From: Candidatus Sulfomarinibacteraceae bacterium
GTDB taxonomy: Bacteria > Acidobacteriota > Thermoanaerobaculia > Thermoanaerobaculales > Sulfomarinibacteraceae
Direction of reading: 5' to 3'
Assembly (NCBI GenBank): GCA_963796455.1
Contig: CAWCLO010000001.1
Location: 640,001 to 704,000 of the forward strand
DNA length: 64,000 bases
Of this stretch, positions 1-8,905 are shown piece after piece (the stretch's first letter is position 1; each line of letters begins with the position of its first letter). The notes beneath the pieces are model-generated. The model saw nothing but the letters and a program-made list of their open reading frames with translations. It did not search any database and was not told the DNA's origin. The position numbers were made by a program, and so were the translations under genes.

Positions 1-1250
1 CCGTTCAACTTCTCCGCGACCGCTGCGGATCCTTCGATCTGGTGCTATTTTTCGTCCTGTTGGTCGGCGTTGCGGGGATCTCCGGAGCCGCCTTGCGTTG
101 GGGTCGGATCGTCCTTCCTGTTGCCACTCTCATCATCGCCATGCTGATCTCCGCTCTGCTTCGGGAAGCCGTCGAGTCAGGACTTGCCAGCCGTGAGACC
201 GGACGCCTCCTGAAGTCTCTATCGAACCATCTCGGAAGCCCGGACGATCTCGGGAATCCCCGGAGCGCACGAGCCCGTCTCGAAGCCCTACAGCACGTGC
301 AGAGTCGAATCCTCGAGGAGGACTCCACTCGCCAGGCTTTGCTCGCCGGGATGGGTGAGGGCGTCATCCTGTGGGACGATCAGGGCAAGGTCATGGCTGC
401 CAATCCGGCGGTTGAAAAACTGTGGGGACACATCCCGAGTCTCGAGGAGATCGAGAAAAGCGGCGACCAGGCCGCAGCATCCCGTCATCGTCGCGAGCTG
501 TCGCTCAACACCACCGAGCTCGCCTCCGGACACCTCGCCATCATCCGCGACATCACTGCCGAACGATTGCTCGAGCGGCGGCGAGGCGAGATGCAGCGCC
601 TCGTATCGCACGAGCTCAAGACCCCGCTTGCTTCCATCTCAGGTCTTGGAGAAACCCTGGAGCGATACCAACTCTCCGGTGAGGAGCTGGCGCGAGTGGC
701 GTCGCTGATCCGAGGCGAGGCCGACCGGCTCCACCATATGGTCACGGTGTTCCTCGACCTCGAGCGCCTCGGTGCCGGCCACTGGGAGGGCGAGACCGGG
801 GTCGTGGACCTCGGCGCCCTGGTTCACGGGCGGCTTGAAATCCTCCAGGCCGCCGCAGCCGCTCGCGAAATCCACATCGATCCGTCGATCGACGACAGAT
901 GTCCGACCACAGGAGTCCCCGCCCTGCTCGAACGCGTTATCGACAATCTTGTCGGAAACGCTGTCAAATACACCCACCCCGGCGATCACATCGAGGTCGA
1001 GGTGCGGGGCGAAGGCGGGCTCAGCACCTTGACGGTTCGCGACCACGGTCCCGGAATACCTGAGCAATCACGGGACCATCTCTTCGAACGTTTCTATCGC
1101 GTTCCGGGGAGCCAGGGGGCCGGCGCCGGTCTCGGGCTCTCCCTGGTCAAAGAGGTGGTCTCCTGGCACGGAGGATGCATATCATATGAGGGTGAACCGG
1201 GCGCCGGCAGCACCTTTAAAGTGTGTCTGCCGGGCGTTGAGGAGGACTGA
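1..1250 (+). CDS. Sensor histidine kinase (5' end outside or near the window edge)
   Basis: TM segments, PAS-like region, H-box VSHELKTPL, N-box NLVGNAVKY, G-boxes DHGPGI/GAGLGLS. Confidence 0.9.
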   Translation, partial: VQLLRDRCGSFDLVLFFVLLVGVAGISGAALRWGRIVLPVATLIIAMLISALLREAVESGLASRETGRLLKSLSNHLGSPDDLGNPRSARARLEALQHVQSRILEEDSTRQALLAGMGEGVILWDDQGKVMAANPAVEKLWGHIPSLEEIEKSGDQAAASRHRRELSLNTTELASGHLAIIRDITAERLLERRRGEMQRLVSHELKTPLASISGLGETLERYQLSGEELARVASLIRGEADRLHHMVTVFLDLERLGAGHWEGETGVVDLGALVHGRLEILQAAAAAREIHIDPSIDDRCPTTGVPALLERVIDNLVGNAVKYTHPGDHIEVEVRGEGGLSTLTVRDHGPGIPEQSRDHLFERFYRVPGSQGAGAGLGLSLVKEVVSWHGGCISYEGEPGAGSTFKVCLPGVEED

Positions 1251-1253
1251 AGC

Positions 1254-2621
1254 GTGGCGAGAGCAAAAATCCTCGTGGTTGACGACGACACCGCGATGCG
1301 CGAGATGATGAGGCTGAGCCTGAGCAAGGAAGGCTTTGAGGTCCTCGCCGCCGATTCGTCGTCAAAAGCCTTTGAGTTGATCGGTGACCACTCCTTCGAC
1401 GTCGTTGTCACCGACATCTATCTTGGCGACGGCACCGGTCTCGAACTCCTCGAACATTGCCAAAAAGGGTGTCCCGATGCCAAGGTGATCCTTGTGACCG
1501 CGCACGGTACGATCGAGACCGCGACTTCAGCGCGACAACTCGGTGTCTTCGACTATCTCGCAAAACCTTTTGCGGTCGAGGTGCTGGTCGAAAGGGTTCG
1601 GGCCGCCGCTGTCGCACCGACCGAAATATCAACCGAGCTGACACTCGGCCCCGAGTCCATGATCATCGGCAACGATCCGGCAATCGTCGAAGTTTACAAC
1701 GCCGTTGCAAGGGTCGCGCCCCTTCCGATTCCAGTCCTGGTTCGCGGTGAAACGGGGACCGGCAAGGAACTCATTGCCCGTGCACTGCACCGCTTCGGCG
1801 CCCAGCCGGACGGCCCTTTTGTTCCCGTCAACTGTGGTGCCATCCCGGAGAATCTGCTCGAAAGCGAGCTCTTCGGACATCGAAAGGGCTCCTTCACCGG
1901 CGCCGACAGGGATCACCGAGGGGCCGTGGAAAGCGCTCGCGATGGAACTCTGTTCCTGGACGAGATCGGCGAGCTCCCTCCTTCGCTCCAGGTCAAGTTG
2001 TTGCGCTTTCTCCAATCAGGCGAGGTCCGGCCGGTAGGATCGGACCAGACCAAGCAGGTCCCCGCGAGGGTCGTTGCCGCCACCAACCGGGATCTTCGTG
2101 CCGAGGTCGAGGCCGGTACCTTTCGCCAGGATTTCTATTTCCGCCTCGCCGCCTACGAGATCGTCCTTCCACCGCTTCGCGATCGCCGGTCAGACATCCC
2201 GCTGTTGACCGAACATTTTCGAAGACGCCACGTGGATGACCTGGGAATTTCCGACCAAACCATTGCGAGCAAAGAGGTTCTCGCGATTCTCGATGGTCAC
2301 GATTGGGCCGGAAACGTCCGCGAACTCGATCACGTGGTGCAGCGGGCACTCGTCGACAGCGGCAACCTGAACGACCCGCAACGAATCGACGCCCTCCTCG
2401 CCGCCGAGTCCGGATCCAAGCGACGGGATGTGAAGCCGGGTATCGGCGACGCTCTGACCCTCGAAGAACTCGAGCGGCTCCACATTGCGGCAGTTCTCCG
2501 CCGGACCGGCGGCAACCGGTCACAGGCCGCGAAGATCCTCGGGATCGAACGAAAATCTCTCTACCGCAAAGCCGAGCGCCTCGGAATAGCGCTCGACACC
2601 GACGAGGAGCAGTCACCATGA
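1254..2621 (+). CDS. Sigma54-dependent response regulator (NtrC/AtoC family)
   Basis: Receiver domain, Walker A GETGTGKE, GSFTGA loop, LFLDEIGE, WAGNVREL, Fis-type HTH. Confidence 0.95.
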   Translation: MARAKILVVDDDTAMREMMRLSLSKEGFEVLAADSSSKAFELIGDHSFDVVVTDIYLGDGTGLELLEHCQKGCPDAKVILVTAHGTIETATSARQLGVFDYLAKPFAVEVLVERVRAAAVAPTEISTELTLGPESMIIGNDPAIVEVYNAVARVAPLPIPVLVRGETGTGKELIARALHRFGAQPDGPFVPVNCGAIPENLLESELFGHRKGSFTGADRDHRGAVESARDGTLFLDEIGELPPSLQVKLLRFLQSGEVRPVGSDQTKQVPARVVAATNRDLRAEVEAGTFRQDFYFRLAAYEIVLPPLRDRRSDIPLLTEHFRRRHVDDLGISDQTIASKEVLAILDGHDWAGNVRELDHVVQRALVDSGNLNDPQRIDALLAAESGSKRRDVKPGIGDALTLEELERLHIAAVLRRTGGNRSQAAKILGIERKSLYRKAERLGIALDTDEEQSP

Positions 2622-3349
2622 AATATGCCCTCACCGCCGTCCTGGTACTCACTCTCGTTGGAGCGGCACCGGCAACGGAAGCACCGACAAAACTCGAATA
2701 CGACGTCACCGCGATCAAACGAAAGCTCATCCTCGCGGCTGCGGAGGGCGAACGCGAACTGGCAGTGGGCGACCGGCGCTTCTCCGGAGATGCGCTGCGA
2801 ACCGGATCCCGTTCGAGCGCCGACCTCGAAGTTCCCGAACGAGCGGCCGCATTTCACATCGGTGCGAAAACCGAGTTCCGTCTTGCCCACGGTCAACCGG
2901 GGGTATTGCTCGAGATCGACCGCGGCAGCGTCCGGGCGATCTTCGGTCCTCTCATGACAGGGAGCGAAGAGGAGCGTCTGGTCACCACTCCTTCGGCCGT
3001 GCTCGCGGTCCGAGGGACCGAGTACGGTCTCGAGGTCGAAAAGGATGGCGACACTTCTTTGACGGTTTTCGAGGGCGAGGTGGAACTCCGGGCATTGGAC
3101 GAGCACCGCACCGTGGTTCGTGTGCCGGCCGGTCAGGCCACCCGAATCCGAATGGGGCGCCAACCATCAAAACCGTGGGCCCACGGGATGTCATCTCGCG
3201 ATTGGGACAGCGGCCGCCGGATCGGGAACCCCAGCGCGGGCGGCCAGCAACAGCAACAACCGGGAATGGGTGAAGCGGGTCGCGGCGGCAGCGGCGGAGG
3301 GTCGCGTCAGTCGTCGTCTCAAGGCGGGTCCAAACGACACGGCGGTTGA
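2618..3349 (+). CDS. Secreted FecR-domain protein
   Basis: ATG overlaps the upstream stop (ATGA); signal peptide MKYALTAVLV; TPSAVLAVRGTEY and VFEGEV motifs typical of FecR domains. Confidence 0.75.
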   Translation: MKYALTAVLVLTLVGAAPATEAPTKLEYDVTAIKRKLILAAAEGERELAVGDRRFSGDALRTGSRSSADLEVPERAAAFHIGAKTEFRLAHGQPGVLLEIDRGSVRAIFGPLMTGSEEERLVTTPSAVLAVRGTEYGLEVEKDGDTSLTVFEGEVELRALDEHRTVVRVPAGQATRIRMGRQPSKPWAHGMSSRDWDSGRRIGNPSAGGQQQQQPGMGEAGRGGSGGGSRQSSSQGGSKRHGG

Positions 3350-3360
3350 GTCCGAAGGAC

Positions 3361-4551
3361 TCAGCTCGATACGGGAGTCACCGAGCGAAGCCGCATCAGG
3401 GCGACGATTCCGATCCCGAAAGCCGCCAGCATGAAAACCGACCCGGTTCGGAAGGGCCAGGCAAAACCGAGGGTGCCATAGGCTACTTCGGCCCAGAACG
3501 GGGCGATGATTCTGGCCAGACTCGAAACTCCCTGGTAGACACCCATGACTCCACCCACCTCGTCCGGCCCGGCGAGCTTGGATGTGAGGGCTGAGAGTGA
3601 GGGGTGGGCGATGCCCTGACCGAGGGCCAACACCGCCAAAACCACCAGAAGCGGTCCTCGGCCAGGCGCATACGGCAGGAAGCCGAGAGCCACAAAGCTC
3701 AGAAAGGTGCCGGTGACGATCAATCGCGCCTCACCAAAACGCCGGGACAGGCGGCCGACCAGACCGCCCTGAACCACGGCCCCGAGTACCCCTGCATAGA
3801 CAAAGAGCCAGGCGATCGTCGAGATGGAAAAACCGAAGCGCAGCTTGGCAAACTGGGCAAATGTTGTTTCGAAGTTTGCAAAGGCGAAGATGGTGCAAAA
3901 GACCAGCATCATGCACAGCCCGATCAAAGGGTGGGAAAGCGACCGGGCCAAGCTCCGCAGATCGAGGGCGTGGCGCCGGGCTTCGCTCTTCGCGTTCGGA
4001 TCGAGGGTCTCAGGGAGCTTGGTCAGAACCAACAGAAAAGCAATCATCGAGGCCGTCGCGGCCGCTATTCCGGGCAGCCATGGCGCCACTGTTACAAGGA
4101 GCGCACCGATCGCCGGCCCGAGGATGAATCCGAGACCGAATGCCGCACCGATCAGACCCATGCCCTTGGCGCGATCCTCGGGAGCGGTGATATCGGCAAT
4201 GACGGCCTGAGCGGTCGAGATATTGCCGCCCGATATGCCATCGATGATCCTCGAGGCGAAAAGCATCGCGATCGATCCCGCGATACCGAAAAGCACATAG
4301 CCCACCGCCGAGCCGATCAGGGAAACCAGCAACACCGGCCGCCGGCCGATACGGTCCGAAAGCCTCCCGAGGATCGGCGCAAAGATGAACTGCATGATCG
4401 AGAATGAAGCCATCAGGAGGCCAAAGATCACCGGCGACGGACCATACTCCTCGGCATAGAGCGGCAGAATCGGGATGACGATCCCGAATCCCACCAGATC
4501 GATAAAGACGATCAGGAAGATGATGCCGATCTTTGTGCGGTGATCTTTCAC
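3361..4551 (-). CDS. MFS transporter, TetA/DHA1-like
   Basis: IDLVGFGIVIPILP, motif A GRLSDRIGRR, GLGFILGPAIG; GTG start at 4551 chosen. Confidence 0.9.
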   Translation of the reverse strand: MKDHRTKIGIIFLIVFIDLVGFGIVIPILPLYAEEYGPSPVIFGLLMASFSIMQFIFAPILGRLSDRIGRRPVLLVSLIGSAVGYVLFGIAGSIAMLFASRIIDGISGGNISTAQAVIADITAPEDRAKGMGLIGAAFGLGFILGPAIGALLVTVAPWLPGIAAATASMIAFLLVLTKLPETLDPNAKSEARRHALDLRSLARSLSHPLIGLCMMLVFCTIFAFANFETTFAQFAKLRFGFSISTIAWLFVYAGVLGAVVQGGLVGRLSRRFGEARLIVTGTFLSFVALGFLPYAPGRGPLLVVLAVLALGQGIAHPSLSALTSKLAGPDEVGGVMGVYQGVSSLARIIAPFWAEVAYGTLGFAWPFRTGSVFMLAAFGIGIVALMRLRSVTPVSS

Positions 4552-4596
4552 AAATTGCCCTTCAGAGACGAACGGAGGGCATTCTACACGCAAGGC

Positions 4597-5450
4597 AGCT
4601 CGATGCTCGATGCTGGACTTGTCACGGCGTAGCCTGAAGGGCGAAGCCGGATGCTGGATTTGTCACGCCGTAGCCCGCATGGCGAATCCGGGTGCCGGAG
4701 AAACCGCAGATCACGCAGATGAACGCAGATCGACCATCGCCATCGCCATCGCCATCGCCATCGCCATCGCCATCGCTATCGACGAAGAGTTTCTAGATTG
4801 GCTGATTCAGGCGCGAAACACCCTCACTAAGAATTGCAGAGACACCAAGAGCTAGCTAGAAGGCCCACAGAGCACACAGAAAAACACAGAGGGCACTCAG
4901 TTCATCACGAATTAGCTGCCGGATCCTTCCGGGAATTTGAACACAAAGGCGCAGAGACATCGCAAGACCGTAGGGCCATCGCAAAAACCGCGAAGGCCGC
5001 GAAGACCGCAAAGAGGTCACGGCGACGTACACATTCGAGTAGTTCTTGCCCTGCCCCATTTATAGAAAGAGAGAGGCAGAACCGACGTGCGTCGCGCACG
5101 TCGGTCGGTGAGAAGGTCGTCCGGAACAAATACCTGTATTTGGAGCGGACGTCCTTCTCACCGGCGGCAGGCGATCATTGATCGACTGTCGTTCTGCCTC
5201 GGCAGCTTCGGTATGGCCCTCACGCTCAGCCACCGATCCGCAGCGTCTTTGCGTTCTTTGCGTTCTTTGCGGTTCATTCCGGGTTCTTCGGTGTCTTCTG
5301 TAGGCCATTGTGGTTTCGACCAGAGCGACTGCGATGGATCTGCGCAGATCCTTCGACTTGGTCGCGAGGCTCCCTCGCTCAGGATGACATTCGGCCGGTG
5401 TTGCCGCGGCCAGCACGGCCTCATGTCATCTGCGTGATCTGCGGTGTCTC
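4597..5450. repeat. Nested inverted microsatellite / fold-back region
   Basis: Arms 4703-4722/5426-5445 (perfect 20 bp), 4986-5014/5246-5274, 5073-5082/5191-5200; inner hairpins 5081-5105 and 5106-5163; (CCATCG)7 from 4734; 41-bp direct repeat 4609-4690. Confidence 0.9.
5346..5390. repeat. Single REP-like unit
   Basis: AGATCCTTCGACTT...CGCTCAGGATGACAT, same termini as 11025-11070. Confidence 0.8.
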
Positions 5451-5467
5451 AGGAATCCTGGTGCCGG

Positions 5468-6904
5468 CTACCGCCGCCAGAATTCCCGCGAAAAGAGCGC
5501 CAGCAACGTGAAGATCTCGAGACGGCCGAAGAGCATGCAGCCGGCGAGCACGATCTTCACTAGGCCGGGGAAGTGGGCGAAGTTGTCATAGGCGCCGACC
5601 TCGCCGAGACCGGGGCCGACGTTGCCGATCGAGGTCATCCCGGCTGAAATGGACGTCAGAAGATCGTAGCCGTGTGCGGCAACCACCGCCGTTCCAAGCA
5701 GGGCGATCAAAAGGTAGGCGGTGAGAAAGGCCCAGATACCGGACAGGACCGTTTCGGAGACCACCACGCCGCCATATTTCACAGGCCGCACCGCGTGCGG
5801 GTGGATCAGGCGGTGGATGGTCGTTCGCAAAGATGAAATGGCGAGGAGCGCGCGAAGGCTCTTGATACCGCCACCGGTGGAACCCGACATGCCCCCGAGG
5901 ACCATCAAACACAGCAGCACGAGGAGAGGCAACGTGGTCCAGATCTCGAAATCGGTGCTCGCGTAACCGGTCGTCGTGAGAACGCTCAAGGTCTGGAACA
6001 CGGCATTGCGAATGGTGTCCGCGAGATGCGCCCCAGCCTCGTAGGTCGTGATCACCAGGATCACCGTCGCAACCACGATGACACCGAGAAAGTAGCGCAA
6101 CTCGCTGTCCCGCCAGACCTCGTTGACCCGCCCGGTCAGCAGGCGGAAATGGAGCACGAAGTTGATGCCCGCCAACAGCATGAAGAAAATGATGATCCAC
6201 TCGATGGCCGGCGACCCGAACTCCCCCACCGACGTATTGCGGGTCGAGAAACCACCGGTGGCAAGGGTCGTAAAAGAATGGCATAGGGCGTCGTAGCCGG
6301 TCATTCCGGCAAGCCGTAAGGCGATCCACTCGGCCGCCGTGAATCCCACGTAGACCATCCACAAGGTTCGCGCTGTGGTCGCCAACCGGGGCCGGACCTT
6401 GTCGGCGACCGGGCCCGGAACTTCGGCCTTGAAGAGCTGCATCCCACCGATACCGAGCAAAGGCAGGATCGCGATGGTGAAGAGGATGATGCCCATGCCG
6501 CCGAGCCACTGACTCATCGCGCGCCACAACAACAGGGCGCGCGGAATGCCTGTGACATCCGCGATCACGGTGGACCCGGTGGTGGTGAATCCCGACACCG
6601 ATTCGAAGAAGGCGTCCACCGGCCCCAAAACCCCGGTCAGGAGGTAGGGCAGGGCACCCACCAACGAGACGGCGATCCACGCGCCGCTCACGATCAAGAA
6701 ACCTTCGCGTGGGCGGATGTGACGGTCGTCCGGCCGCCTGAGGCTCACCAGAAGACCACCGAGCACGCCTGCCAATGCAATGGCCGCCACCCACGGTTCG
6801 GGCGACTCGCCATAGAACAGGCTGGTCATCAGGGGCAAGGTAAGGAACGCACAGTCCAGCAGCAAAAGCCAGCCGAGCAGGTAGACCACGAATCGGCGAT
6901 TCAC
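5468..6904 (-). CDS. trkH: Trk potassium uptake membrane protein
   Basis: SGFTTTG, LATGGF, LTTTGY, GNVGPG pore loops; GRLEI. Confidence 0.95.
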   Translation of the reverse strand: MNRRFVVYLLGWLLLLDCAFLTLPLMTSLFYGESPEPWVAAIALAGVLGGLLVSLRRPDDRHIRPREGFLIVSGAWIAVSLVGALPYLLTGVLGPVDAFFESVSGFTTTGSTVIADVTGIPRALLLWRAMSQWLGGMGIILFTIAILPLLGIGGMQLFKAEVPGPVADKVRPRLATTARTLWMVYVGFTAAEWIALRLAGMTGYDALCHSFTTLATGGFSTRNTSVGEFGSPAIEWIIIFFMLLAGINFVLHFRLLTGRVNEVWRDSELRYFLGVIVVATVILVITTYEAGAHLADTIRNAVFQTLSVLTTTGYASTDFEIWTTLPLLVLLCLMVLGGMSGSTGGGIKSLRALLAISSLRTTIHRLIHPHAVRPVKYGGVVVSETVLSGIWAFLTAYLLIALLGTAVVAAHGYDLLTSISAGMTSIGNVGPGLGEVGAYDNFAHFPGLVKIVLAGCMLFGRLEIFTLLALFSREFWRR

Positions 6905-6929
6905 AACGCTGGCTCCCCGCCCCCGCCGC

Positions 6930-8279
6930 TCAGCCTTCCAGGATACCGTCGAGCCGCGAGGCGTTTTCGACCGTCGCGGCGACGATCACCTGATCGCCTG
7001 CATTGATGATGTCATCACCACTCGGGATGAAGATTCGATCGTCCCGTTGTACGGCGACGATGAGCATCCCTCGTGGCAGACCGAGTTCGGCTAGCGGCGA
7101 GTTGACCAGCGGGCTGTCCTCAACCGCTTCGACCTCGAAGACCTCGACCGAGTCCTCGAGCAGTGCCGCCACCGATTTCACCCTTCCTTTGCGGGCAAAA
7201 TGCAGGGCGAGGCTCACCGACAACAGACGCGGAGAAATGATGGCGTCGATCCCAAGCTCTCCCACCAGACCGGAGAGCGCCGAGTTGTCGACCAGCGCAA
7301 AGGTGTGGGCGGCGCCCATCCGGCCGGCAAGCAGACAGGCAACGACGTTTTCTTCGTGGCGATCGGTGCAGGCGATGAAGTCCTCCACCCGGTCGGCGCC
7401 CTCTTCTCGCAGAACCTCGCGGTCAGTGAAACTGCCGTGAATCACCAGCGTGTCGCTCAGCTCCGCCGCAGCTTTCTCACATAAAGGACGGCGGTCATCG
7501 AGCAGGGTGACCGGCACACCACGTTGTTCGAGCCTCAGCGCGAGATTGATTCCAATCCGGGTCGCTCCGGCGATCATGACCCTTCGCTCGGCCCCACGAT
7601 GGAGCCCGAGCAGCGCCAGGACATTATCGAGTTCCGCGGGATCCATGGCGAAATAGACCAGATCCCCGGCGCGAATCTCATCCTCACCAAACGGGACGCG
7701 CCACCGACCGTCGCGGCGGATGGCCACCACCAACATCGGAGTGGCGGGGAACAACAATCTCAGATGAGACAACATCAGACCCGCAAATTCGCTGCCCGGT
7801 TTGATGTGGAATCCGGCAATCAAAAGAGAACCGTCGAAAAAGGACACCACATCCACCGCACCGGGAACCGGCATCAGCGACAGTATTTTCTCCACCGCCG
7901 CCATATCGGGGTTGATCGCGACCCGTTCGCCGCCGGGCTCCCGTGCGATGCGCCGGAAACCTTCTTCGTGCCCTGAATCGCGCAACCGCGCCGCCACCCT
8001 CGGCACCTTGAAGATCACCGAGCCCACCAGCGCCACCACCATATTTGCCTCGTCCGAATCGGTGGTGGCCAGCAAGAGCTCCACATTCTCGATCCCCGCT
8101 TCCATCAAGACCGGGATCGTGGCACCGTTGCCACAGATGGTCTGCACATCGAGTTGCTCATTGAGTTGGTCGATCAGCTCTCGACTCTGTTCCACCAGAA
8201 CCACATCGTGACCGTCGCCCGACAGCTTCGCCGCCAGGGTCGAACCAACGAGACCACCACCAACGATGATTACGCGCAC
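6930..8279 (-). CDS. trkA: Trk potassium uptake NAD-binding subunit
   Basis: Two RCK repeats, IIVGGGLVG and IAGATRIG; adjacent to trkH. Confidence 0.93.
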   Translation of the reverse strand: MRVIIVGGGLVGSTLAAKLSGDGHDVVLVEQSRELIDQLNEQLDVQTICGNGATIPVLMEAGIENVELLLATTDSDEANMVVALVGSVIFKVPRVAARLRDSGHEEGFRRIAREPGGERVAINPDMAAVEKILSLMPVPGAVDVVSFFDGSLLIAGFHIKPGSEFAGLMLSHLRLLFPATPMLVVAIRRDGRWRVPFGEDEIRAGDLVYFAMDPAELDNVLALLGLHRGAERRVMIAGATRIGINLALRLEQRGVPVTLLDDRRPLCEKAAAELSDTLVIHGSFTDREVLREEGADRVEDFIACTDRHEENVVACLLAGRMGAAHTFALVDNSALSGLVGELGIDAIISPRLLSVSLALHFARKGRVKSVAALLEDSVEVFEVEAVEDSPLVNSPLAELGLPRGMLIVAVQRDDRIFIPSGDDIINAGDQVIVAATVENASRLDGILEG

Positions 8280-8384
8280 AATCTGTTCTCCACCTCAAAA
8301 AGATCCTGATTCATGAAATTGCGATTGCGAGCATAGTTTACACCCGCAATTGGTCTCAGAAGTCTGGCGAGAAGCTCAGGGCAC

Positions 8385-8412
8385 GGGCTATGGGCTATGG
8401 GCTATGGGCTAT
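8385..8412 (+). repeat. (GGGCTAT)4 heptamer array
   Basis: Four exact copies; degenerate complementary (A/G)GCCTA words at 8443-8476. Confidence 0.9.
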
Positions 8413-8473
8413 GAGCATGAAGCTACCGGTTACTCGTGCGCAGAGCCTAAGGCTTCTATCGTTAGGCCTATCC

Positions 8474-8887
8474 CTAGGGCAACGCTCCGCCTTCAATCCA
8501 CCGGCGGTAGAGATCTATTTCGGCGGGGCGGAGCTTTTTCGACCCGGTCAGCGTGCGGGGCATTCCTTTGCCCTCGCGGGCTCGGTGTTCGATCTTGAGC
8601 CAGAGATAGGACGCCTCGAGATTCCCCGGTTCGACCAGGGCCATCTCGGGCACCTGAACCGAGCGCGGACCGACCAGACGTTTGTAACCGAGGCCCGGAT
8701 CGAGAACCAGCTTGGCCTTGGCCTCCTCCGACTCGTGACACGAGAGACAGTGGGCGATGACCAGCGGTTCGAGGTGTTCCGCGTAAGAAACCGGAGCCTG
8801 TTGCGGAACCTCCGGCACCTGGGTTCCGCAGGCCGCTGTGACCGCCACCAGGGCCATCAGAACCACGCGCCGCGCCGTCAAAAGCAT
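8474..8887 (-). CDS. Putative monoheme c-type cytochrome lipoprotein
   Basis: Lipobox-like TAAC, CxxCH motif CLSCH, downstream GMP and RRWIEGGA; start uncertain (8887 or 8905). Confidence 0.6.
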   Translation of the reverse strand: MLLTARRVVLMALVAVTAACGTQVPEVPQQAPVSYAEHLEPLVIAHCLSCHESEEAKAKLVLDPGLGYKRLVGPRSVQVPEMALVEPGNLEASYLWLKIEHRAREGKGMPRTLTGSKKLRPAEIDLYRRWIEGGALP

Positions 8888-8905
8888 CCTTCGCCGATCC
8901 ACCAA

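Noticed and set aside
4610..5511. Short ORFs in repeat regions (e.g. IAIAIAIA, QRQRQ peptides at 4.6, 21.4, 51.5 and 63.5 kb)
   Set aside because: Low-complexity translations of the repeats, with no RBS or family motifs.
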